Virus record (IMG/VR): IMGVR_UViG_3300012189_000003
Span: 1-45,326 of that record
DNA: 45,326 bases
DNA from: a virus
Reading direction: 5' to 3' (one strand)
The notes under the pieces were generated by a model, which saw only the letters and a list, made by a program, of their open reading frames with translations, was not told where the DNA came from and made no database searches. This document shows positions 1 through 8,148 of this stretch, piece after piece. The translations under genes and the position numbers were made by a program. Every line of letters begins with the position of its first letter. Positions within the stretch are counted from its first letter, which is position 1.

Positions 1-123
1 ATCGTCTGGGTGAATGCTCCCGAGCAGCTTCCCCATATCCCCGATATCGAGCCCCAGGCGCAGGATTCTTCGCTCTTGACCGCGGCTCCCCACGCGAGAA
101 GAGAAGACTTCCCTGGCGTCGTG
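1..123. repeat. Terminal overlap: bases 1..123 are identical to 45204..45326 (closed circle or terminal redundancy; unit length 45203 bp)
   Basis: Read directly: atcgtctgggtgaatgctcccgag...ccctggcgtcgtg occurs at both window ends without mismatch. Confidence 0.95.
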
Positions 124-2199
124 GCCTCGAACATGCAGGTCGTCTGTTGGAGTAAGTCAGACATCCCCTGGAACATGCCGCTGTACTTCCGCTGGCTCGT
201 CCCTGCCTCGGCTGTCGGACATCAGGCTCTCTTCGACTTCTGGATCGGGCAGTTCGTTCTGCGCTGCGGGCCCGCCACCGTGGAAGTGTTCAAGAACACC
301 GCGGCGCAATCGTCAGCCGCCCCGAACTGGGAAAGCCTGGCGCGACTTAACCTCTTCGGCGGCGGGAACGCGCTCCCGTCCACTTCGGTATTCTCGAACA
401 TCACGAGCCCCGTCGCCGTGGAATATGAGCGGCACCTGCGCGGTCTCCTGTGGCTGCCCTACCGCCGCAACTATATCTACCTGGAGGCAACCACCGGCGC
501 ATTCGGGGTGGTGAAGTCGCGCCCCTTCCCCGTGTCCAACGGTCTCTCCGGCGCGCAGAAAGACTGGGCCATCGTGCCAGCGGGGCGGCTGGCCGTGGCG
601 GGACTCACACCGGGCCCGGGCCTCTTTCAGATCCAGCGCTTGAAATTCGCTACCGGTCCTTGCTTGTTCAACCTGGAACCGTTCGTCATCGACTACGCGC
701 CCACCGTCTCCCCCGCGAATAACTGGCTGGTAGACGATCGAGATACGCCCCAGGGCTCGACCTGCACGCACACGACGCCCACGGCCAGCGTGATCTACAC
801 CTTCCACTACAACATGCTCGATAAATGCGATCCGGCCATGCCGATCCCGGTCGATGACCAGACCCGCACCTATCAGAGCGTCTACACCCTGACGCCGGGC
901 AGCGATCCAGACGACGGCAGCCGGAAGACCTATACCCCAATGCTCTATGGCGTGGAAGCCAGGGTTCCGGGAGCGTCGCTCAACTGGCCAGCCGCCGCGC
1001 TCTCGATCCTCGATCGGACCACCGCGCGGCCCTCGGCGGCGATCCGGAAGGCGGAGTACAGCGCCAGTATCGGCAGCCCGGGGCGCTTCAGCGCGGACGT
1101 AACGGACGTGGGCGCGAGCCTGGCGGCCTACTACTCCCGCAGTGACTTCCCGCTAGCGTTCTCTGATACGAACGGCGACGTGCCCCATCCCGCGAACTGG
1201 ACCACGCTCTGGCTTGGGGTTGCCGATCCGGTAGAGACGCGAGAGACGCGCCTCGATGCGACGGCGCCGCGCGAAATGCGGGTGGTGGGCGTGGACTTCT
1301 GGAAGTGGCTGAACGAGACCCCCATGCGCGACAACCGGGACTGGACGGGCTTCGGCCACATCTACGTCATCCAGTCAATCCTGAAGCAGGTGGGGCTGCC
1401 AGTGGCCGGCTGGGACGGACCGGCGCCGGGCACGCTCATTCAGAAAGACGTAGACGGGCAAGTGCGGGATTATTTCGTCGGAGATGCCGGCGGCTTCGAC
1501 GATCCGCTCGGGGGCCCTCCCGGCTTCGATTTGGAGACGGCCACCGGGACGAACCCGGCGACCGGGAGCAACCCCGTCAAGAGCGTGTGGCGACCGCTCA
1601 CGCAGCCCCCTGATTCTTATGGCTCCTTCATCAAGCGAATTGCCGAGAAATGGAGCGCGTGGGACCACGGCTTCCACCCCGATGGGACCTTCTATTACCA
1701 CCGCTGGGACTACTATTCGGCCTCCGAGGTTCTGTTCCGCAAGGACCAGACGCACGCCGCTCCCCGGTACTTCCGGGGGTCGGTGCGGTATGAGGCGCTC
1801 TACCCGGACGCGAACTCGGTGGCACTCACGGCCGCGACCCCGGAGGGGAACGTCGTTACCTCCTCCGTCTTCATCGACAAGGCCTCGATCGCCAACCCGG
1901 CGGCGGTGAACTTCATTGGCAGAGAGCGGGCGCTCTACGTCGCGCTGCCCGGGGCAATCTCCTGCCCGGCGCTGAATAAGGCGGCGCGCTCCGTGTTCGA
2001 GCGGGCGCGGCGGCGTCGGCTCCGCGTCCACTTCCAGGGGACCTACGTGCCGGGTCTGAAGCTCGGGCATTGTCACCAGCTGGAGGGGATCAGCGGTGTC
2101 TGGAGGCTGCAGAGTGTGCGGGCGAGCTACGAGCGGCCAAACTGGAATGTGGCAGATTATGAGAGCGAGAAGGTTGAGCAAGGCTTTAATCTCCCGTAG
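1..2199 (+). CDS. Large tail/baseplate-position structural protein, 3' part of a junction-spanning gene (44853..45203 joined to 1..2199, about 849 aa)
   Basis: Track ORF 10..2199 is open back to base 1 in the same frame. Through the 123-nt overlap it continues the stop-free GC3-rich frame that opens after TAA 44847..44849. It lies directly after the tape-measure-like gene. Confidence 0.8.
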   Translation: MVWVNAPEQLPHIPDIEPQAQDSSLLTAAPHARREDFPGVVASNMQVVCWSKSDIPWNMPLYFRWLVPASAVGHQALFDFWIGQFVLRCGPATVEVFKNTAAQSSAAPNWESLARLNLFGGGNALPSTSVFSNITSPVAVEYERHLRGLLWLPYRRNYIYLEATTGAFGVVKSRPFPVSNGLSGAQKDWAIVPAGRLAVAGLTPGPGLFQIQRLKFATGPCLFNLEPFVIDYAPTVSPANNWLVDDRDTPQGSTCTHTTPTASVIYTFHYNMLDKCDPAMPIPVDDQTRTYQSVYTLTPGSDPDDGSRKTYTPMLYGVEARVPGASLNWPAAALSILDRTTARPSAAIRKAEYSASIGSPGRFSADVTDVGASLAAYYSRSDFPLAFSDTNGDVPHPANWTTLWLGVADPVETRETRLDATAPREMRVVGVDFWKWLNETPMRDNRDWTGFGHIYVIQSILKQVGLPVAGWDGPAPGTLIQKDVDGQVRDYFVGDAGGFDDPLGGPPGFDLETATGTNPATGSNPVKSVWRPLTQPPDSYGSFIKRIAEKWSAWDHGFHPDGTFYYHRWDYYSASEVLFRKDQTHAAPRYFRGSVRYEALYPDANSVALTAATPEGNVVTSSVFIDKASIANPAAVNFIGRERALYVALPGAISCPALNKAARSVFERARRRRLRVHFQGTYVPGLKLGHCHQLEGISGVWRLQSVRASYERPNWNVADYESEKVEQGFNLP

Positions 2200-2315
2200 A
2201 TTACGCCCGAACGGGAATATAAGTGTCGACGCCTAACGTCTATTGTCTGCCCGGCAGCTGAAGGGTTATCGTCTTCCCAGCGCCGTTTCCCGGCCGTCTA
2301 CGGAGGGCTATTTTC

Positions 2316-2510
2316 TTGATCCTGAACCTGCGCGATCACTCGATCCGAGCCCAGATCAAACAACTGGACGGCCAGCGGCGCCGGTTGACCTTGAACTATC
2401 CCGCCGATCAGCCGCGCTACGAGGAGGCCGTGTTGGAAATGCTCTCTCGGCTGCTGGTTCCCTCCGAGAGCGGCCCACCGTCTCCCGTCAACCCAGCGAG
2501 GGAGCGCTGA
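2316..2510 (+). CDS. Hypothetical small protein (64 aa), TTG start
   Basis: Track ORF; GGAGGG at 2302..2307 lies 8 nt upstream of TTG 2316; sits inside the 380-bp insert flanked by the duplicated tail-gene 3' end. Confidence 0.5.
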   Translation: MILNLRDHSIRAQIKQLDGQRRRLTLNYPADQPRYEEAVLEMLSRLLVPSESGPPSPVNPARER

Positions 2511-2516
2511 GGGGCG

Positions 2517-2579
2517 CCGAACCGGCAAGTAGCCGCTGACGAGTCGGAGAAGGTCGAGCTTGGTTTCAACCCTCCGTAA
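2517..2579 (+). pseudogene. Orphan remnant homologous to the last 20 codons plus stop of gene 1..2199
   Basis: PNRQVAADESEKVELGFNPP* versus PNWNVADYESEKVEQGFNLP* at 2137..2199; same 63-nt length; cut off upstream by in-frame TGA 2508..2510. Confidence 0.6.
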
Positions 2580-2619
2580 GGCAGGTTAGCGAGCGTTACA
2601 GAGAAGGAAGTGAGTCCCC

Positions 2620-2868
2620 ATGGTCGGAGCGGCAGCCGGAAGGCTCTTTAAGCCTACCGATGCAGGCGGTGAGGGTGAAGTGCGTCAGGCGATTGCCGCC
2701 CTGGGGCGCGCCATGGAACATGCTACCTGGCCCGCTCAACAGCGGGCCCTGTCCCAGGCCCGGGAGAGGCTCTTCGACGCCGGCTTACTCTTCGTTGAAG
2801 GAAGCCGGCACTGTGAAGGAGAACCGGGCGGGCACGGTGAAGGATGCCCAGACAAATCCTCACCCTAG
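2620..2868 (+). CDS. Hypothetical protein (82 aa)
   Basis: Track ORF; GAAGGAAG about 9 nt upstream of ATG 2620. Confidence 0.5.
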   Translation: MVGAAAGRLFKPTDAGGEGEVRQAIAALGRAMEHATWPAQQRALSQARERLFDAGLLFVEGSRHCEGEPGGHGEGCPDKSSP

Positions 2869-2971
2869 CCCTGCGCGGCGCGTGCCCCCGGGGCTTTTTT
2901 CTTCCACGAGCGGCGCGCCTCCTGGAAGCCGGTCGCCTGGGGTTCTCTCGAATGGGGAGGGTACGGCACGG

Positions 2972-3901
2972 ATGGAAGATACGGCGCGCCTCCATGAAGT
3001 GATCCGGCGGTACCTCGCCGGAGAATCAGCTCCCGAGCTGGGCCGTTCTTTCACGGTGAGCGACCAAACTATTTACCGGTGGCTTTCGGACGCGGACATT
3101 CCCAGGCGCTCTTACGCGAAGGCGCAGACGCTTCGAGCAGCCAAGCAGGGGGACCGAACCGTCTTGCGCCCGTCTGCTGGCGCGCTCACGCAGGCCTATC
3201 TACACGAGCAGCAGTCAACGCTCGTGATCGCCCAGCGCTGGGGAGTAAGCTCATGGACAGTCAATCGTTGGTTGAAGGAAGCGGGCATTCCGCGGCGTTC
3301 ACAAAAGAAAGCCAGCTGGCTCCGGATGGTGCAAGGAAGAGCCACTCCTGGCCGGCCATTGGCGGCGGCTCACCGCGAGGCTTTCCGCGAGGGACTGCGA
3401 AAATGGGAACAGGAACATCCTGAACAGAGAGCCGCCAACCGTCAAAAAGGGCAACAGCGCGCGGCTCTGCTCAATGATCACCGCGCGGCCGTCCCGTGCG
3501 GCTGGTGTGGAGGATCGGTCCTTCGTCAGCGCTGTCAGCGCCTTCGCTATTCTCGCTCCTATTGCAATAACTCTCATCGAATGAAGGCTGTTCAATGGCG
3601 CCGGTGGCAGCATGGCACTCCCCGGCCCTTGATCCTAGCGGCGCTGCGCGAAGGGTCAGCCGCACGCTCTATCGGCGCTTTGGAGCCTGAACTGCGAGCC
3701 TATCGCGCCGAGTTAGAGCGGGCCGATCTCGACCAGCGAGCAGCGGATTTGCCCGCGGCTATTGAGCCGCAGCGGGCCGCTGGCCTGCCCGATACCCAGC
3801 CGCCCGAGGCTCGGCGCAAAGAGAGGGCGCTGACTGCGGCGGCCGTCGGATCGGTGGGTGAGGCGCTCCTGCGGGCAGCGAGAGAGAAGCAGGCGTCCTG
3901 A
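2972..3901 (+). CDS. DNA-binding protein with two tandem HTH modules and a C-terminal Cys-rich zinc-ribbon-like motif (309 aa)
   Basis: Internal ATG 2972 of track ORF 2660..3901, preceded by GGGGAGGG. Repeated pattern ...SDQTIYRWLSDADIPRRS / ...SSWTVNRWLKEAGIPRRS, then CGWCGG...YCNNSH. Confidence 0.65.
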   Translation: MEDTARLHEVIRRYLAGESAPELGRSFTVSDQTIYRWLSDADIPRRSYAKAQTLRAAKQGDRTVLRPSAGALTQAYLHEQQSTLVIAQRWGVSSWTVNRWLKEAGIPRRSQKKASWLRMVQGRATPGRPLAAAHREAFREGLRKWEQEHPEQRAANRQKGQQRAALLNDHRAAVPCGWCGGSVLRQRCQRLRYSRSYCNNSHRMKAVQWRRWQHGTPRPLILAALREGSAARSIGALEPELRAYRAELERADLDQRAADLPAAIEPQRAAGLPDTQPPEARRKERALTAAAVGSVGEALLRAAREKQAS

Positions 3902-4173
3902 TGCCCTTCGGTCTCGACAACCTCGGCGCGCTCATCCTGGAAGCCGGTCGCCAGGTGGCGAAGTCGTTTGCGCGCGAGTGGCTCACGCCCACGCTACTGC
4001 CGGCGATCCGCCACACCGAGGTGGATGCGGAGGCGGGACTGGCGCACAGCAACGCGCGGTATAACCAGGCGGCGGTTGCTTACGATGGGAGCGCTACCTA
4101 CATGGTCTTCACGGCGAACGTTTCGCTGATCAAGGCCAATGGGCTCTCTGACGATATCGTAATCGGCGCATGA
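3901..4173 (+). CDS. Hypothetical protein (90 aa)
   Basis: Track ORF; ATG overlaps the upstream stop (TGATG coupling). Confidence 0.55.
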   Translation: MPFGLDNLGALILEAGRQVAKSFAREWLTPTLLPAIRHTEVDAEAGLAHSNARYNQAAVAYDGSATYMVFTANVSLIKANGLSDDIVIGA

Positions 4174-4186
4174 CCGGGACAGGACT

Positions 4187-4471
4187 TCACACCCTCCCCG
4201 CGTCAAAGAGGTGGAAGACCAAACCCAGGTGATCGAGGACCGCTGTACCGAGGAAGCGAGAGAGTGAAAAGTCGAAGGAGAGCGGGTGACCCGTGCCGCG
4301 CAGCAGAAACCGGTGCCACTCCCGCCGCTCCTGCTGGTCGTCTATGGCCACCCATAAACAGAGCCGGCCGCGCTGGACGCCAAAGGAGAGCGGCACGGCG
4401 CCCAGGGGCATTTCCAGCATGAAGGCATCCTCGATCGGCACCGGGTATTTCCAGATCGTCGTCGGCGGCAT
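4187..4471 (-). CDS. Small conserved-looking phage protein (94 aa)
   Basis: Track ORF; GGGAGAAAGGGAA SD upstream. The pattern IWKYP...LEMP.GA...LRGTGHP recalls a widespread small phage/prophage protein family (from memory only). Confidence 0.6.
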   Translation of the reverse strand: MPPTTIWKYPVPIEDAFMLEMPLGAVPLSFGVQRGRLCLWVAIDDQQERREWHRFLLRGTGHPLSFDFSLSRFLGTAVLDHLGLVFHLFDAGRV

Positions 4472-4575
4472 GGGGATTCCCTTTCTCCCTCATGATACAA
4501 CTCTCTCGCCTGAAGAAACCTCAACTCCGTTGTGTATCTTGCCCGGCGTTCTATGAGCCGGGCTTTCTTCTTGGC

Positions 4576-4938
4576 TCAATCGTCTGTCAGGCTGTGCGTG
4601 ACCGGATCATAGAAGAGCACCGCCTTACCGCTCCCAGCCGCCTGTTCCCAAAGCTGCCGCACGACGATCGCACTCCGCCGGCGCGGCTCGGGGTCACTCT
4701 CATACCAGCTCTCACCGGGGCTGATGACGAGATCTCCGCCATCGCTGGCCCGGCAGAGAACAGCGGGATCGTAAGCGGCGAGCTGCTGCTGGAGGGCCGC
4801 CGCACGCTGGTGATAGATCGGCGCCCAGCGGGGATCCGGGGTCGAAGCCGCAGCGGACCAAACCCAGAAACCCGCAAGCAGGAAAGCACTGATGACCCAG
4901 AGGGGCAGGTTCTTCTCGGGAACGAGCGAGGTTCTCAT
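4576..4938 (-). CDS. Membrane-anchored or secreted protein (120 aa)
   Basis: Track ORF; AAGGAG SD 7 nt upstream; N-terminal hydrophobic segment LPLWVISAFLLAGFWVWSAAA. Confidence 0.6.
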   Translation of the reverse strand: MRTSLVPEKNLPLWVISAFLLAGFWVWSAAASTPDPRWAPIYHQRAAALQQQLAAYDPAVLCRASDGGDLVISPGESWYESDPEPRRRSAIVVRQLWEQAAGSGKAVLFYDPVTHSLTDD

Positions 4939-4956
4939 GAAAGTTCTCCTTGCGAC

Positions 4957-5277
4957 TCAATAGCCCAGCTCGCGCAGAGAAGTCCAGGGCTGTCCCGCCG
5001 CAGCGCGGGCGGCAACGAGATCATGCTCGCGCTTCACCAGGAAAACCACCGCCTCACCCTGATGGAAGGGGCCGCCATTGCCCGGACCATAGACCCAGCC
5101 GGCGCGGAGCAGGTGGACGTAATGCACGACGTGCGGGAAGAAGACCGTAGCCGGGAACGCTTCGGCGCCGCCCGGCACGAGCGGGGCAGCGGCAGCGGGT
5201 CGCTGCTGCCAGACAGTGAAGGCCATGGCGACTTCCATGCAGAAGAACAGCAAAGCAACTCGGTAGACGGTGCGCAT
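4957..5277 (-). CDS. Secreted protein with signal-peptide-like N-terminus (106 aa)
   Basis: Track ORF; GGAG SD; N-terminus MRTVYRVALLFFCMEVAMA; first gene downstream of promoter 5298..5326. Confidence 0.6.
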   Translation of the reverse strand: MRTVYRVALLFFCMEVAMAFTVWQQRPAAAAPLVPGGAEAFPATVFFPHVVHYVHLLRAGWVYGPGNGGPFHQGEAVVFLVKREHDLVAARAAAGQPWTSLRELGY

Positions 5278-5297
5278 CTCGTTCTCCTTTCAGTTAA

Positions 5298-5326
5298 TCT
5301 ATACCAAACTTCTGAACCCTTGTCAA
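5298..5326 (-). promoter_or_regulatory. Sigma70-like promoter for the minus-strand cassette 5277..4187
   Basis: Minus strand reads TTGACA (5326..5321), 17-nt spacer, TATAGA (5303..5298), then GGAG SD and ATG 5277. Confidence 0.6.
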
Positions 5327-5352
5327 GTAAAGGGAAGGTTTGAGCCCTCTCT

Positions 5353-7044
5353 ATGGCTTCCGTCTGGCAGTGTAGCATCGACTATAGCGGCGTTTCGTTC
5401 TTCACGGGCACCGATAACCCCGGCACCTTCCCCTTTGACTGGAGTTTCGACTTCCGGACGATCTGCCTCCCCCTCACCGACGCGATTCCCAAGTATAACC
5501 CGCCGGTAGACTTCGGCCATTTCTCCATCGGCCTGGCCTATGCTTCCTCCCCGCCCCGGTCGGTCATGGGCATCCTCTATCAGGAAGGGGGCGACGAGAT
5601 CAACCCTTTTTTTTGGATCAGCTCACTGGCCACCCCCAATATCGAGGGAGCTGTGAGCGCTCTGACCGATGGCGGGACGCTCACGATCACCAAGGACTTT
5701 GCTGGCGACCTCCTCACCGTTACCAGTCCCGTCGGGACCATCAGCGCGGCTCTCTCCGATCTCGTCCCCAGCTATAACAATGACGTGCCGCTGCGTCTCC
5801 AGGGGTACGGATTGCAGAGCACGACGGCCGAACCGACCGTGGACTATCCCGGTTACGCTGCGGACCGGGCCGTCAAATTCTCGAATATGGTGGCCCGGCA
5901 GAACGGCGTCCCCTATCAAACTATTGCGCTGTCTGCCGCAGATCAAGGGGTCTGGTGGCCCGACCACCGCGAGCGATATAATACTCTCGACGCGATTATC
6001 ACCCTCGATGAAGCAAACTGGTGGGCTTTCAGCCAGGAAGCAACAGACCAGCGCCTGGCCTGGGCGGTCCTGGCCTCCGACTTCGATTATCCGTCCGAGC
6101 TGGGAATAAGTGACCAGCTCTTCTTCTACCGGCGCTCCCTCACTGCGGCGGGAGACCGGCTCCTGACCGCGCTCTGTCTGCAGACGGACGGCACGGCCCT
6201 CTACGCGCGGGTGCTCGATACAAACCCGGACGCCCTCGAGGTGGGCTTCTCCACCGATCGCGGGCACACGTGGAGCGTCAGCCTGCAGGGAGAAGGAGCG
6301 GGGCGAGTCTACTCCAGCCCTTCACTCTCGGAGAACCCCGACGGCACCGTGAACCTGTTCGCGTATGACTCAGCGTTCCCCGCGACCCGCTGGTTGAAGT
6401 CTTACAACTTCGGCCGCACCTTTACAGACTTCGGCTTCCTCTTCCCGCTCTTGCCATGGCTCTCTATTGACCACCCGAAAGCCTGGGTGCTCGCTAATGG
6501 ATTCATCCTGCTCTCCTACAATCGGGGCGGACATGAGTTTGTGGGCGAGTTCCCGGACGCGGCTTCCGGGGTGATCCACTCGACCGACTTCGGCCTGTGC
6601 CCCGGCGGCTGCTCCGTCTATCCCGGTATGTGGCAGAACGAGCGGGGCCTCGCTTACGTCGTCAGCGCGCCCACCGGCGCGGAGCATGAGCGCCAGAGCG
6701 AGGACTATGGCGTCACCTGGCAGGATACCTACAGCCGGGGGGGCAACCGGTACCAGCTCGTCGCGGTCAAATACAAGCAGAACCCGCTCGCGTATCTGGC
6801 CTTTCAGGACCACGATGGTACGCTGCTGCTGGGCGCCAGTGACGACGGGTTCCTGACCTTTCTCTGGACGCCCGAGCTGGTGCCCACGGTGCCCGACCCG
6901 ATCGTGCCGCAGTACGTGGGGCTGCTCGTGCTGCCTGACGGGACGCTCATGGTCATCAGCCAGGTATTCAACAGCTTCGACGGGTCCTGGCACATTCAGC
7001 CGCTGCTCTCCGCGGACTTCGGTCGTACTTTTAGCCCAGCCTAG
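5353..7044 (+). CDS. BNR/Asp-box repeat (sialidase-like beta-propeller) tail-associated protein (563 aa)
   Basis: Four Asp-box-like motifs SxDxGxT[WF]: STDRGHTW, SYNFGRTF, SEDYGVTW, SADFGRTF; located in the tail fibre region. Confidence 0.75.
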   Translation: MASVWQCSIDYSGVSFFTGTDNPGTFPFDWSFDFRTICLPLTDAIPKYNPPVDFGHFSIGLAYASSPPRSVMGILYQEGGDEINPFFWISSLATPNIEGAVSALTDGGTLTITKDFAGDLLTVTSPVGTISAALSDLVPSYNNDVPLRLQGYGLQSTTAEPTVDYPGYAADRAVKFSNMVARQNGVPYQTIALSAADQGVWWPDHRERYNTLDAIITLDEANWWAFSQEATDQRLAWAVLASDFDYPSELGISDQLFFYRRSLTAAGDRLLTALCLQTDGTALYARVLDTNPDALEVGFSTDRGHTWSVSLQGEGAGRVYSSPSLSENPDGTVNLFAYDSAFPATRWLKSYNFGRTFTDFGFLFPLLPWLSIDHPKAWVLANGFILLSYNRGGHEFVGEFPDAASGVIHSTDFGLCPGGCSVYPGMWQNERGLAYVVSAPTGAEHERQSEDYGVTWQDTYSRGGNRYQLVAVKYKQNPLAYLAFQDHDGTLLLGASDDGFLTFLWTPELVPTVPDPIVPQYVGLLVLPDGTLMVISQVFNSFDGSWHIQPLLSADFGRTFSPA

Positions 7045-7163
7045 CAGGAAGAAGCGCGCGTGAGGCTGAACCAGAGGGGAGGGGCGGCCGCCGCGCGGCT
7101 CAAAGGCTCTGGCAGGCATTGATGCGCTGGGCTGCCCCTGTTTCTTTCCCGGGGGAGGAGGGA

Positions 7164-7343
7164 ATGGCAAAGAATAAGATCGAGCTGACCGTCAGCATGG
7201 GGCATCCCAGCACGATCCCGGAAATCGAAGCAGTGCGGGACTGGGTGGATCTCGTCTATACCAGCGTCAAGTTACCACAGGCGAGCGTGTCTCCCACGCG
7301 GCGCACGGTGCGCTTCACCATGCCGCTACCGGAAGACGAATGA
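7164..7343 (+). CDS. Hypothetical small protein (59 aa)
   Basis: Internal ATG 7164 of track ORF 7119..7343, preceded by GGGGGAGGAGGGA. Confidence 0.55.
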   Translation: MAKNKIELTVSMGHPSTIPEIEAVRDWVDLVYTSVKLPQASVSPTRRTVRFTMPLPEDE

Positions 7344-7525
7344 GCCTCTCGGATGCGGGCCACCTGCTCGCCGGGGTGAGCGCAATGGTCGTCACTTACG
7401 GCGCAATCCTGATCGAAACGCGCCGCCGCCGGCATGGGTTCCGCTTGACCCTCTGGGATGCCGGGCTCTGGATAGGGGCGCTGCTCCTCTGGTATGCGGC
7501 GCTCTGGCAGCCGTTTAGCAAGTAA
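7340..7525 (+). CDS. Small membrane protein with two predicted TM segments (61 aa)
   Basis: Track ORF; ATGA overlap with the upstream gene; hydrophobic stretches LLAGVSAMVVTYGAILI and LWIGALLLWYAALW. Confidence 0.55.
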   Translation: MSLSDAGHLLAGVSAMVVTYGAILIETRRRRHGFRLTLWDAGLWIGALLLWYAALWQPFSK

Positions 7526-7548
7526 GCAACCGACATGTTACTGGCTTC

Positions 7549-8094
7549 TCAAAGCTCCCTTCTTCCCGGCCGCCGGGAGCGGTAAGCATGAACAGGATTA
7601 CCTGCCGCGGCGCGCTCGCCGTGCCTTTTCTCCCGGGCTGTCGTCTGCCGAAGGCGCTGACATTCCTTACAGACCTGCCCATACGAGTAAGTCCAGGCAG
7701 TCTCTGCATTCAGAGGGTGTCCGCGTCGGCAGCAGGACTTTCGGCCCGTGACGCGGGTAGCCGCGAGAGGGTCAGGATGAAGATGAAAGTGTTCTTTTCG
7801 ATCCACTCGCTGCAGATGCTCCGGGTTGAAACAGCTTTTGTTTCCGCACCGATGGTGGATCTCCGCTCCCCTTTCCAGAGGACCCACCCAAAGGAGATAA
7901 GCAGCCCGGTGCGCTTTGGTAGTGACGCCGCGCCAATAGAAAGTGCCGTACCCAAAGGCATCCCGATACCCCACGTAGAGCCAACACCCCGACGCGCAAA
8001 GTTCGCGATGATTGAGCAAACGCAGCATCACCCAGGCGGGATCGACAGCGCGGCGGCGGCGCTCCGCTAACGCCGCCTCATTCGTAGCAGCCAT
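7549..8094 (-). CDS. HNH homing-endonuclease-like protein (181 aa)
   Basis: CWLYVGY...FGYG...HRAAYLLWVGP...EIHHRCGNKSCFNPEHL, plus C-terminal CCRRGHP...CKECQR zinc motif. Opposite strand to the flanking tail genes, with its own promoter. Confidence 0.85.
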   Translation of the reverse strand: MAATNEAALAERRRRAVDPAWVMLRLLNHRELCASGCWLYVGYRDAFGYGTFYWRGVTTKAHRAAYLLWVGPLERGAEIHHRCGNKSCFNPEHLQRVDRKEHFHLHPDPLAATRVTGRKSCCRRGHPLNAETAWTYSYGQVCKECQRLRQTTAREKRHGERAAAGNPVHAYRSRRPGRREL

Positions 8095-8101
8095 GCCAGC
8101 G

Positions 8102-8130
8102 ATTATAACTCATTTAATAGTGTTTTTCAA
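8102..8130 (-). promoter_or_regulatory. Near-consensus sigma70 promoter; predicts a leaderless HNH transcript
   Basis: Minus strand: TTGAAA (8130..8125), 17 nt, TATAAT (8107..8102), then 7 nt (cgctggc), then ATG at 8094; no SD. Confidence 0.6.
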
Positions 8131-8148
8131 GCGAGGTGAGGCGCGCTA

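Noticed and set aside
2316-2516. Extended homology between ORF 2316..2510 and the C-terminal ~60 aa of the tail protein (RRRLTLNY versus RRRLRVHF)
   Set aside because: Similarity upstream of the last 20 codons is limited to a few residues. I cannot support it without an alignment tool.
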